Assembly (NCBI GenBank): GCA_024704765.1
Contig: JAKMXF010000354.1
Location: 1,032,099-1,096,098 of the forward strand
DNA from: Oopsacas minuta
Lineage: Eukaryota > Animalia > Porifera
Direction: 5' to 3'
Length of the DNA: 64,000 bases
The notes under the pieces are model-generated. The model saw nothing but the letters and a program-made list of their open reading frames with translations, searched no databases and was not told the DNA's origin. The stretch's first letter is position 1. Each line of letters opens with the position of its first letter. A program made the translations under genes and the position numbers. Below, in pieces: positions 24,501-36,692 of this stretch.

Positions 24501-27500
24501 CTGCTTCTGTGTGGTCATTACGTAGTGTTCGTCTTAGAGCCCGATTTCTCTCGTCTGTTGCCCCCCGGCTCAACAGGAACCTGAGGAATAGGACAAGGGT
24601 GTTTATGAGATAGATAGGTGTGAAAATTATACATAATTTGTTCAAAGCAAAATTGTTAGAAATATTAACAAGATTTGCATATACAAATACAAATACAAAT
24701 ACAAATACAAATACAGGTACTCATTGATCTGAGGGTCTTTAATCTAATTAACGAGGTATCAATCGAAGGAAATATATTTGGATTATCTCTAGAGAGGTGA
24801 TAGTTCCATTTATGGTTCCAGATACACAAATATTAGTGACACAATCAAGCCAATAAGTCACTAGCTAATAGTTAATTGATATTCCAGAAAAAAGGGGAGT
24901 GTGAAATGGACAACAGTCCAATTTTCCGGAGGGAGGTACATTCCTTTTCCATTGGAACATGAGCACCATCCTCGCGCCTGGATCAGGGGACCGCTTAACA
25001 CCACGGTAATTCAAAAACAGTACTTACTTTCTCTTAAACTTTTTGAACATTATATCACAAAAAGAAATTTTTGAACTTTCTAATTAATCTTAAATCTGTT
25101 TTTATAGAATTGACTTTACTGTCCGTGTATGCAGATTTCCTTAATTAGATTATACGAACACTTTTCTAAACAAACAAATATCAAATTGCAAACTGGAAAA
25201 GATAGAAATCTATAATCACTACAGGTTAATTAGATTAGTAAGTAATTGTTATTAAGATGGCCCAAAAAGACAAATATCAACGAGGTAACTATGGAAACTG
25301 GGACATAAGGGTGTAGTCACATACCAACGGGGTAACCAAGGAAACAGGACATAAGGGTGTAGTCACACACCAACGAATTCTAATTGAATTAACTAACTTA
25401 ACGAGTTCCAAATCATTAGAATGAGCTGCAGCTACCAGTAGAGTATAGTCTACATCTATCTCTTTGTTAAGGTCAGGGCGGATGATGGCGTTCAGGTGAG
25501 CTCCTGCCGCCAATAGCTCGTCACACACGGAGTAGTGGTGCTTACGAGCTGCGAGGTGGAAGGGGGTATACCCAGACCGCGACACACTGTCTATTCCAGC
25601 TATCGACCTACGTCCGGTCGAGGAGGTTAGATTGTCAGATCTCTTGGGTCCTTGGGGGTGAGGCTGCTCGAGGGTTAGACTGGGGAGACGGGACTTATAA
25701 CTGAGCTCCCCTGAGGTAGTATCGACCCCTCTTACCGTCCCTTTCTCAAGAAACATCAAAAGCAGACGTACAACCTAACAGAAGATAATAAATAATAAAT
25801 TAAAATAGAGCGAATTCTTAGTCCCATACAAATGGGGTAACATTTCTCGCCCTCCATGGTACCCTTTGTACTGTGTTTATAATTAAATTAACACCTCAAG
25901 GTTCCCTGATTCAGCTGCATCATGTAAAGAACTCCTTCTCTGTCTCTTGTCAACATTAATCGGGTTTAAATACTTCTCAATTGATGAAGGAGCCTTTGTG
26001 TGAAGTTCCCCTGGTACCGTCACGGTGTCCAAGAGGTCCCTCTGTCCTCCTGACTCGATAGGAGAGGAGCAACATAGGAGATAGTGTACGATATCGAGAT
26101 ATCCAAACTTACACGCATCGTGTAGTGGGGTTCTACCATCAGCATCGAAATAAGCAACATAGCTAGCAATAAATACAAATAGCGTAAATGTAAAGTTAGG
26201 AAAAGGTGACGAAATGTTCTATCAGGGATTTTGTAGAAGCTTGGCTGACACCAAAAAGTGCAAGTTCAGTAGCCATGAAGGACACAAATGCCACACCGAC
26301 CGTGAGACCCAAATTAATACAGGGCCAATATGTTACCGTCCCAAAAGTGTTACCCCAGGAGAGTCCCTGCAAGAAGAGTGAAATCGCATGAAAATACATC
26401 GGAAATTTCTGACGTATATTGAGGAATCGGAAGCAAGTACAAACTTGAAATTTGGTATGAGGATAGAATATGATATATCGAGGTGTCAATTCAAATATCT
26501 AGGAGAAATATCAAATTCTCTCTGAGATAGGTGACAAAATGTCTTGACCTATCAGATTTGAGTGCTTAGACAGTAAATATAGCTTTAATGTACAAGCTAG
26601 GAGACGTCACTTAATTGGGATACATTTTAGAGTGTTAGTTCCATATGAAACTACATATTAACACCTATTATCAGCCACAAACCTTGGTTGTTTTCCCATG
26701 AGTAACTTCACAATTGGAGTGTACCCTTTCTGACAAGCAATATGAAGAGGAGTGAGAGTCTTAGAAGCGGCCTGTCCCTCTGGTATATCTAAATTTCCTC
26801 CTACTTTTGATAAGATGTATTCTACTATTGGTAAGGCACCAATACTTGAGGCTAGATAGAGGAGAGTTTGTCCTGTATCTGGACAGCGCTTGTTGAGGCA
26901 TTTTGGATCCTAAAATATGTAAATAATTAAGTAAAACCATCCAGAGTAACTGTTACCGATTAATCATATTTGGACCCCATTAACTGGATCTTTTAAGCGG
27001 GGCCAATGGGAACATGAACTTACCTTTCTTAAGACATCAATAAAATGACCGAGGTCCTCTTTTAATATGGCATCCCTGAGGTTTTCATAATTCTTTCGGT
27101 GTTCCTCCTCCAGCTCTCTATTTCTGTATTTAAGTGACTCTTCTCTTAGGAAGTGAACCATCTCAGGGAGGTCATTTTCTATCGCTAGAGTTTCCGGCGT
27201 CTCTCCTAGATTAAATTATCAAAAGTGTGAAAATATTAATTGTAGGGAAGTTCTCAATTGTCCTAACTGGGACAATTGAGGAACCAAAGGGGACCAAGGC
27301 TTGTCCAATGGGTCCAGACACCAGGTGTTAAGATTATATATATATAAGACAATATAGAATATTAATTCCTTCCAATTAAATATTAATAAGGCTTTAAACT
27401 GACAGCTGATTGGTTAAGATCAATAGATATTATTCAGAAGCAGTGATGCGACACAAATGACACAATTCAAAGGTGTTATAGCATAAAGAATCATGCCACA

Positions 27501-28753
27501 ATCAAAAGGATACTATAATACAATTCAGAATTAAATATAGTTAGTATCAACCTTGCAGCCGAAAAGTTCAGTATTCCGTTGAGCAACTATTCATGAACGC
27601 TGATTTTCGGTTCGATCGGTTTCAACCTTGGTTAGTTTCTAAAGCGGTAAATATGGTTTCTGATAGAAATGCCAATAGTGTCACTCTAGTTTAATATGAA
27701 CACAGATATGATCGGTTCCCAACCCTCGGCACGTGGACCCCTTGCGGTCCACAGGCTACAGCAGTGGGACCACAGGATATCAAAATTTTATTACAGTCTA
27801 TGAGACGGGGTCCACAGTACCCCGGGCTATACAAATCATGTTACTTCCCCTGTCCTCACCTCTGACAGTAACCCTGAAGGGATTAGCCCCTACAGAAATT
27901 AGTAGTCGTACCATCTCCAGCTGCTTCATTCTAATCTCCTTGTGTCTCTTCTTATTACGGAGAGGACGGTAATTAGAGTCACCGGATGAGGGACTATACG
28001 CAGCAAAGTGTAGAGCTGTCATCCTGTCCTTGTTCTCAACATCAACATCAGCTCCATGGTCTATCGGATAATTTAATTAGAATGAATAATCAGTGTCAGT
28101 TCTTAATTAAATTATAACTATGTGAATAGATGAACCGGCCTCTTGGCTAGGACCCTAGGCCACTATGTTACCCCTCACACCCTCAAGAAATGGATTAGGT
28201 ACATGTAACCTATTAGTCCATGATAATTCTATTAATAGAATAAGAGCCTAATAAATAAGGCAGGAATCTAATTGGTTAATCTGCAATAAACTTCTGTTAA
28301 GGAATAAACCCTGAATATTTATTGGTTAATAAATCACTAATATATCAAACAGACAACTCCTGTTATATCGAAGCTAAAGGGGGGTGATAATTACTTGGAT
28401 ATGGCCGATGGAAAATATGTTACTTTGAAGGTTTGGGACCATATTTATACAATTTAAGACTTCCGATATAAGCGGGTATTTCTATATATCCGTGTCATAC
28501 GGAGCTGACTTCCATAAGTAAATAAAACAACAAATAGCTTACCTATTAATAACCTAGCACAGTCAACATTAATATTGAGCGCTGCTGTGTGTAGAGCAGT
28601 CCTACTAGTTTCATTTTTATGGTTAATAGCCTCAAGGGAAGAGGTATGGAGTAGTCGTCTTAAGGTATCGATATCGTTATGCCATACAGCTGCCCAGATC
28701 CCTTTAGCCATCTCTAACGATTCTTCATCTATTTTACTCGCGTTATCAGACAT
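15581..28753 (-). CDS. LRRK/ROCO kinase (ANK-LRR-ROC-COR-kinase-WD40-like), about 20 exons; likely start MSDNASK at 28753
   Basis: Ankyrin exons (RTALHTAA, TPLHIACQKG, TPFHLAARK), LRR exons, ROC motifs GLQRQGKTTLL and WDFAGQEEYYATHQCFL, COR (YMPSGFWPRLISR), kinase (SGGFGD, IAIK, DLKSPN, GTPGFMAPE). Junctions I checked join in frame. LRRK1 versus LRRK2 cannot be resolved by eye. Confidence 0.9.
17311..17358 (+). repeat. Dispersed repeat family A, copy 1 (others at 29364-29413, 37153-37192, 49771-49818)
   Basis: Shared core ACCTCTGAACACGCC(T/C)CGGGG(G)TGAGGTTATT in four places. Confidence 0.85.
24681..24715. repeat. (ATACAA)n hexamer microsatellite, ~6 units, in an LRRK intron
   Basis: Direct reading of the sequence. 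Confidence 0.9.
25278..25376. repeat. ~47-bp intronic tandem duplication, 2 copies
   Basis: caacg..ggtaac..ggaaac..ggacataagggtgtagtcaca(t/c)ac repeated head to tail. Confidence 0.9.
26518..26570 (+). repeat. Dispersed intronic repeat family B (other copies ~19926-19955, 22489-22520, 23535-23573, 56321-56370 reverse, 58156-58207 reverse)
   Basis: Consensus CTCTGAGATAGGTGACAAAATGTCTTGACCTATCAGATTTGAGGGTT recognisable at six sites. Confidence 0.8.
27766..27818 (+). repeat. Dispersed repeat family C (other copies 7041-7092, 61913-61968)
   Basis: GGG(N)CCACAG(G/A)AT(C/A)TCAAAAT..TATT(A/G)CAGT(C/A)TATG(G/A)GACGGGGTCCACAG-like sequence at three sites. Confidence 0.8.
28416..28492 (+). repeat. Dispersed repeat family D (other copies 30183-30250, 53391-53448)
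   Basis: Shared CTTTGA(A/C)GGTTTGGG..CATA(T/A)TT(A/G)TACA. The 28416 and 30183 copies continue with AAGCGGGTATTTCTATATATC. Confidence 0.8.
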
Positions 28754-30394
28754 TCCTGCATCTAACTGTCTAGGAAATATATCCAAACTAACTAACACAC
28801 AAATTGTAAAAATAATATGGATATAAAGTGGCTAATGGAGTGGTTTGTGCCACTTAGCGCCACATAAATGTGTGATACAATATCGAAGAATTTCTCGTTC
28901 GTTTGAGAATAGACTTCTTATCAAAAATGAAAGAATATCGATTCTAAGACTTAAATATGTTCAATCACCGTTTTTATATGAGCTCTTATTGAATGGCCGC
29001 TCTCTATGAAAGTATTCACTCAATTTTAAGGGTATTCATAAGCAGACCCTAGAGGGGGTGCTAGGAGAGCCATTTGCCTCGGGACTCACGCTCCAAGGGG
29101 CTCTAAAATTGGGTAATGTGTACTCATTTTCGGGAAGATAGGAAATTAGCCAGGGGCTCTCCGATCCAGTCAGAGGCCCTGTCCATAGGATAAATAATCG
29201 GAGAATTAAATTTTCATATTTAAGGAATTTCCATGAGTTTAAAGTCACAATATTTATAGAAGTGTGAAAACTATAAAACGAGCCACAAACAATGAGAAGT
29301 GGAACAAATTCAAAGAGACATAATTTGTGTCCTCACCTTCCCAGTTCAGAGGGGATTTGATAAGGATTCGCCCTCTGAACACGCCTCGGGGTGAGGTTAT
29401 TGAAAGGTGTCAAATACCTATCCTCATCGGGACAGGGGAGCTGGGGACAATCCTCAAAGCCTGAATCACTTTTAAGTAATTATAGAAGATAAATGAGCCT
29501 ATAAACTAAACAATAGTGGCAGCTAGATAAGTGCAACTTTGTGGCTTTTAATCAAAGAAAATATATTTGCTGTTAATGAACTGTAAAGCCGTTTATAACT
29601 TTATGCTTTTTGTTGTTGTTGTTGACATATAAATTGATATGTAAACACCTTTACCTCATCGATAATTAAGAATAAGTGCTAATTGTCCAATTTTGGTGAT
29701 AAGACCCATGTGACAGGAGCGTGAGCCAGGTACCTGTTCTCCTGTATGTCTGGGCTCTGTCACGCAAAACAGTTAAGAAATAGCAAATGAATATGTGAAG
29801 TAGAGATACACCGGATGTGAAAATTTCCCATCGGGCCGGATACTTTTGTTAAGTATTTGGGTACTCCACCTAGCTCAGGGTATAGTGAAAGATTATTTAG
29901 TAGTGCTGGAATTGTATTTGAAGAAAGGCGCCACAGAGTGTTACCTGAAAAAGGAGAGCATCTCCTCTTTATTCACAAAAATGTAGGATTATTAGTGTCT
30001 CTTTAGGTTTGTTATAGCACAGAATATCTAACACTAGACATATGAGTTACCGGATAGATACCGGATATCCGGTGCATCTCTAGTGTGAAGTATATTTATG
30101 TTTTGTTCACTTATTGAAAACAAATGTAGAAGAACAAGGGAACAATATCTCTTTTGGAATGAATATACCGCGCCTGAATGCTGCTTTGACGGTTTGGGCC
30201 ATATTTGTACAATTCACACTTCGATAGAAGCGGGTATTTCTATATATCAGGAGTTGACTTGTTTAGAATGTTTTGCTAAGAAACTGAGGACACATAACAC
30301 CTACCGACCTCCTCTCCTGTATCTGTATTGTCAGGCCATGCGGTTTTGTAAATATCAGAGAAATGGAGACAGTTGACAAATACGCATTCACGTA

Positions 30395-30548
30395 CAGTAG
30401 AACTCGGATAAGACGAACCCCCTCGGGAAACAGAAATTAGTATGTCTTAACCGAGTGTACGTCTTATCCGAATATGTTTGCATTCCAAATAGTGATAACT
30501 GATATTTTGGGATATAAGAAATAGTACGTCTTAAGCCGAGTTCTACTG
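30395..30548. mobile_element. 154-bp Tc1/mariner-pogo-type MITE
   Basis: Terminal inverted repeats CAGTAGAACTCGGATAAGACG and CGTCTTAAGCCGAGTTCTACTG, with TA on both sides (target-site duplication). No coding capacity. Confidence 0.85.
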
Positions 30549-30639
30549 TATATGAATTTTTTGACACCTAAGGACAATTTATCCTCAAAAATTCTGTAAT
30601 TATTTCGTATTTTTGCGGTAATCTAATTATGAAAATTAC

Positions 30640-31734
30640 TCAAATATTTGTGTTTAATAATTCGTCAGTAAAAAATTTTATTTTATTGTTTAGAATTCTT
30701 ATTTGGACGGGGTAGGGTTCAAACTCGTCCCCGTCAATATGGAACCAATAATCCGAGTCTCTGATTGGTTGAATCTTCAATTCATTGATAGGTGTTGATA
30801 ATTTATATTCTAGGAAATCAGCTGGTGTTTTGTAAGACATCTGTTTGGCGCCAAACTTAGCAAATTCGAGTTTGGATTCGATTTTTTCCCAAATTCTGAA
30901 ACTTAATTTTCCGTTTTTAGCGGAAACAGCTAAACCAGAAATTTCTAAATTTTGTTGTTTGTCATTTTTATCAATTCCAATTTCCTCATTCGTTGATGAC
31001 TTGAATGCGTGACGTAGGTACCCAAATAACCCCCTCAGAGGGCCAAGGAGTCCGTACCGATTAGCTACCAGTGTCCCTTCGACGAGGGGCCCCCAGAGAA
31101 CGTCTGTCATAGCATAGACAGTTTTTCCTTCCTCCGTAATCAGCTCCATAACATCGACTGGCTTAGATCGACCTTCTAGACAGACAAGGACCGATTTAGC
31201 GATCCTCTCAGCTCTCGATTGGTACTCATTGGACATTATTTTACCCCTGAGGCCGTTACGATACCCAAGGGGAATGAACCCTAATGTTACTTTGTCCCAC
31301 TCCTTCAAATGATCATTTCGTCTCAACAGAGCTGTCACTACGTTAAGAAGTGTACCACTTCCTCCTGCCACTATTATACTCCCAGTATTCGGCGGGAGAT
31401 AGTTCACCATTTCTCTCAGGTGTTGTTCCGATTCAAGTTCCAATATAGTCACATCTGCGCCGGACAAATACAAAATCGGCGCCGCGTACCGATTGAAATG
31501 TTTCCTAGCTTTACCTCGATTGGCAGAGGGATTGAATAACACGTACACTTTTTCAAGTGGCTCTGCCACTTCGTGTCTTTGAGCTTGGAATCTACTCGCC
31601 TGGCGACACAATTGTGACATAATCATTGTGTCACAATATCGGTTGTAACCGAAATACGAACCAATAGAAGTGACAGAAGATAGGAACAAGTACTTGCCCC
31701 AGTTTCTCCGAAAGTGTGAAATGACACGTGACAT
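30640..31734 (-). CDS. AGK: Acylglycerol kinase, mitochondrial; single exon, start MSRVISHFRRNWGK
   Basis: AGK-like N-terminus (RRNWGK...YCDTMIMSQLCRQA) and DAG-kinase fold motifs LFNPSANRGKA, IIVAGGSGTL, GFIPLG, IDGDEFE. Confidence 0.88.
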   Translation of the reverse strand: MSRVISHFRRNWGKYLFLSSVTSIGSYFGYNRYCDTMIMSQLCRQASRFQAQRHEVAEPLEKVYVLFNPSANRGKARKHFNRYAAPILYLSGADVTILELESEQHLREMVNYLPPNTGSIIVAGGSGTLLNVVTALLRRNDHLKEWDKVTLGFIPLGYRNGLRGKIMSNEYQSRAERIAKSVLVCLEGRSKPVDVMELITEEGKTVYAMTDVLWGPLVEGTLVANRYGLLGPLRGLFGYLRHAFKSSTNEEIGIDKNDKQQNLEISGLAVSAKNGKLSFRIWEKIESKLEFAKFGAKQMSYKTPADFLEYKLSTPINELKIQPIRDSDYWFHIDGDEFEPYPVQIRILNNKIKFFTDELLNTNI

Positions 31735-31913
31735 CAAGAAATAGCAGCTAACCGACACCAAGACACTTTAAGTGTATATTTTATTTATCTGCCCCCACAG
31801 ATACATATTTTGACACCTAAAATTCACAATTATAATCTCACAATTCTATAAATAGTAACATATTTATAGCTTAATCAAATTAATACAAATGAAAAACACA
31901 ATTTTTTCAAAAA

Positions 31914-34900
31914 CTAAAGATGGACAAGTCTCTTTTGATAAATTGGGTTCTTGACCTCCTGTTGGTCAGTTTTTTGTGCGGGCTTTCTCTGATATGCTGG
32001 ATTGTGTATTTCTTGGTCAGGGGACACAAATATGGGACTAACACCCATCTGAAAGGTAGTCATTCTTGCCTCCTTATCGAATTTTTTAAACTGACGATGT
32101 TCCAAATACTTAGCGAACATTCGAATTAAAATAAGGAGAGCTACACCAATCAAAACTGTAATTCCTATAGCGCCGATTAAGTAATACCACCATTGAACCA
32201 CTTCAGGACACAATCTTAAGTTAGGAACTAATAATATCCCTGGTTCCATTCCCGTTAGGTTAGAGAGGATTAACACATCCCAAGTACATTCCGACACAAT
32301 AAAGGAGCACAATCTGTTTGCGGCATTAGCTCTGAGGAGAGGAAATGTGGTGTTAAATAACGGGGTGGTAGATAGTGTCGGTGGCTCATATGTGGCACGA
32401 CAATCATCATCACTACCACATGCTATATCCATACATATTCCACACTGGCCGTTCCTTAACAACAGACATTCCACACACGCTTTGAGGTTGCTACAAGCGG
32501 ACTGACACCCGGTGCATACTTCACAAAATGGGCCCTCATATAGAGGAGACTCTAGACTCTGTCCGGGCCCCCTGTCGCATATACATGCGCCACAGTGACA
32601 CTGTCCGTTACCAGAACAAACAAGGGCATTAGTGTCGTTATAATCAGCTGTGCATGCCATTCTAGCTGGGACACTATCCTCTCTGGGACATTCACATCTC
32701 GATACGACACTAAAATCTCCGTGTTCATAGTCGTCCTTGCAGTCACAGGTCCCATCGCACAGACATGTACCCCTCTCCGCTCCTCCACAGGGCTCCCCTA
32801 AATAGAAAGGACATCTGTTGTTGTCACACTCACAGAAATCTCCAGAGAACAACTGGACGCCTGTAGGGGACGGAAAGCAGTCACATCTCCCGCAGGAGCA
32901 TGCGCCTTTTCCTGAGCAGACCTCCCCATCTGGACTGGAGGGGTTTATGCACCCTCTGGTCTCACTGCTCTCACATTCACACATCGCTCCTATAGATAAA
33001 TAATAATAAAATCTGATTGGTCTAAACCACACAAAGGTGTTCAAGTATTAACCCCTGTCTCTAGGTAACTTAAATGTACCCATTGCCCCCTGAAGTCCAA
33101 TCCTGAAAGGTGTTAACTATTTTATACATATACATTTAGCCAAAAATGGAACAAATATGTCCCCAATGCAAAATGAGCTCATATCAAAAACCACAAATGA
33201 AACTAATGATAAACGAGTGTGGACACAAAATGTGTGAAAACTGCATGAACACAATATTCACACGTCCAACAGCCCCCTGTCCCGAGTGCGGACAGCCACT
33301 TAAGAAGAGTGACTACCGGGAGAGACAGTTCGACGACATGTACATCGAGCGGGACGTGAATATACGCAAGGAGATCATGAGAGACTTCAATAAGAGGGAG
33401 GAGGATTTTGACACCTTGGAGGAGTATAATGACTATTTGGAGAATGTTGAGGAAATGATTCATAAGCGAGTTAATAACATTAACATATTAGAGATTAGTA
33501 GTGAGATTGAAAAGTGAGTCATGTGGCAGGGTAAGGTGTGATAATTGTGTCATATGAGCACAGTTTCTAATTGGTACCAATTGATAATGGATTTTTTGCT
33601 GATTTTAGATACAAGAAAGATAACAGGGATCAGATATACAGGAACAGACGTAAACAGGAACAAGAGATCAGAGACACACAGGACAAATTTGATAGAGACA
33701 TAACGGACGCTGAGATCAGAAGAGATGAGAGGAGGTTGGAGATGATACGGGAGAAACAGAGGGCCAAGGAGGAGAACGAGAGGAAGCTAGATGAACTAAT
33801 TAGCGGTAACACTTCTTAACTTAATTAAAATACAGTAGATACCGATTATGTGTCCCTCTCCCATTTTTTGGCGCCTTTTATCGAGGGAACAATCCCAAAA
33901 CTTTCCGAATTCGTATTTTATTTAAAAAATAAAACTTTTTTGGTTTTAGCTATATATAGTGGTAGAATATGACAGCTGTATTTCATTTAGAATTGTCCAA
34001 TAGGAAAGAAGCTTTCTCCACAGCAGGAAGAAGAGCCTGTCAATAGGCCTAAAGAAAATGAACCTATCAGCTTCGCTAAGAAAGAAGAGATATCTTACAA
34101 ACTGACACTAAACAAACACCTCAAAGAGGAACCATACGTGTACACCCCTATGCGCCTGCACCTCAACGGCCCAACCCCGCCCCCTATCGAGATAATCGAC
34201 ACCCTGGGGTACAATTTGTACTTCTGTAACAGTATAGAGGGGAACCGTCTCGCTGGGGGCTTCAGTGTCAACGTGGCGTGTCAAAGGGTCCTACAGGAAG
34301 CATTCACTGACCTCTACTATAATATGTAATTACTGTGTCACTGTAAAACTAGATTTGGACCATGGATAATAGGCGAACTCATAATAATAATAATAATAAT
34401 AATATGGACCTATTTTCGGGTATATTTACACATTCCAAATACATACCTTGGTAACTAGGGTCACAACTACACACGGAGCATACTAGTGCTCCTCTGTCCA
34501 TGCAGAAGGAGGAGTTCTCATCCCTCTGGTTCTCACAATCACAGGAACAAATAGGGTCCACTTCTATAGTTACTTGTCCGAACCCTACGAACGCGTATGT
34601 TACTGTCTGTGTTCTCTGGTCAGGAGGGAGTTGGCAAACATGTTCATCTAAGCTGAGTTCTACCTGAATATGCAAATCTTAAGGATAAATATATGGCGCA
34701 TAATCTATCAAACTGTCTCTTAAATCAATAACTCACAGAATATTCAGCGCTAGTATTATAGCTCACATTCCTACAAACCAGATTACTACCAGCTTGAATA
34801 TTCTCACAAGTAGAAAGCGATAATTCAGAACGTATATGAGTACTCCTACTGATTAGTACTGGTATTACTGTAGTACTAGATTCAAAATAAGACTCTGTTA

Positions 34901-36692
34901 TAAGGTTAAGAAGAGCTGATAGCTGTGAGTTGAGTAATGCAGCTGCGTTGGTCTTATTTCCGCTGTAAATAAGGTTAGAAACCAAACTGTAGAAATCTCT
35001 AACGTCCGCATCCACTGAGAATATCACCACTATGTTTTCCTATTGGATAAACTCTAGTATTCTATTGGTCAATAGCCCTCCTGAAAGCTGTCATTGACAT
35101 AACTAATAGGCACTTAAACCCTGACTTTCTATTGGTTAAGACTTTCCCAGAACTCTGACATTTTATTGGTTCACTGAACTCTTATAATCCGGTAGTGTTG
35201 ATATAAGCCATAATTGCTATGGTTCAACCACTTTATATGGCCATAACTCAAAAATTATAAGTCCGTCTTAAATGATAAAAATTGATAAAATGTAGAATAG
35301 AGTCCTATCTTCCCGAATAGTTGTGGCTCGTGCCAATTCGTCGACCAAAAAACACACTATACTGGGGGCTTAACTTACTTCCAATACTGTTCTTATAATC
35401 TGTGAATAGCTCGGAAACTGTTGCTTATTATCATTACTATCATCTGCCATTCTACACTGCAAATCATTAGATGTTACAATTCCAGCTAATTTGTCATCAA
35501 GTGCATAATGGAATTCTGCATCTGTCATTAATAGGACCATACGTAGTGCGTCGAACTTCCCTCGCCACTCAATGCCACTTTGACACACCATGGACTGGAC
35601 CAACGCATCCAAAGCACCTTCAGGAGTGTCCTAAACAAAATCACAACATTCCAATCAACAGTTATAACCTCTAGGGACCTGAATATCAAATATCCAACCA
35701 AACAGATCAGAGAGAAGATTAGACATTCTACATAAATGTTCAGTAATTTCTATCATCATTTCTATTGGTTGAATTCAACCAATCAAATATAATTCTGATA
35801 CCCTATACAACTTTATGGCTAGATAAAATTAGCATAGCAACCACGCTTTAGAATGGAATGTAATAAACAGCAATTCATTTTGGTGGAATTATATTATGGT
35901 CATAGAAAATTAGAGCCACAAATGGAACCATTGTATATTTTGTAATTTCAAATCACGGCAGACAGACACAATTTTATTGGAGCACCACACGTGTGCCAAT
36001 CCCCACCCCTATGGCTCCAAATTGTCCAATAAATGTACATAAATGTTACTCACCTGGTTGTTAGACGTCTCAACAGTGTCAATATTATCCTGGAATTGTG
36101 TCAAATTGGTTGTCAAGGGCTGCACGTTATTGAATGCGTCCGCACTATGTGTCGCATCATTTGTGTTCACAAAGGGGCGCACCCTCTTCTCAACAAATGT
36201 CCCAAACCCCAGTCTGGAATCAGAGGTCAGATTTGTGACAGTAGACAGAATATCCCCCGCTGCAGTTTGAGCCAGCTCTAAGAATTGACTCATTGATTTA
36301 CTAATATCCATCAGTATATACAAATCCAAAGGGAAATCCTGCTGAGGAGTCACTTGAATTGTCACGTTTTTTACCGTCTGGGTCCGTAGCCTCATCTCGT
36401 ACTTAGAGGGGTTCAATTGAGGAGTGCTACCAAGAGCCACTGGAGTCTCACTCTGTGGGTTTATAATCTTGTCCAGGGGGCAGCCCGCGAGCTCTAGGGC
36501 CTCGGGTTTATCGCAGAGGGGGCGAATACCATTCGCGGTGAGATAAAAGGGACGATGGTCACACCAGCCACATGCCAAGGTACTACTAATACACTCACTA
36601 CATGTCCTAAATATGCGACAACTTTCCTGCCCCGCGACACAATTCACAGTCCATATAATTCCTATCCAAAAAATCCACAAATAAACTTTCAT
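31914..36692 (-). CDS. Integrin beta subunit. Exons 36692-36054, 35630-35379, 35039-34737, 34663-34447, 32989-31914
   Basis: Signal peptide, PSI (CSECISSTLACGWC), beta-I MIDAS DISKS, NQDTPEGALDAL, TDAEFH, cysteine-rich I-EGF repeats, a transmembrane helix and an NPxY tail. All junctions are in frame. Confidence 0.93.
33146..34329 (+). CDS. MNAT1: CDK-activating kinase assembly factor MAT1. Exons 33146-33513, 33609-33805, 34004-34329; nested antisense in integrin intron 4
   Basis: RING CPQCK...CGHKMCENC...CPEC, FNKREEDFDTLEEYNDYLENVEEMI, C-terminal LAGGFSVNVACQRVLQEAF. Junctions keep frame. Confidence 0.93.

Noticed and set aside
29036-29248. 70-aa ORF upstream of LRRK as a separate gene or extra first exon
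   Set aside because: No homology cue and only a weak donor; it cannot be supported without RNA data.
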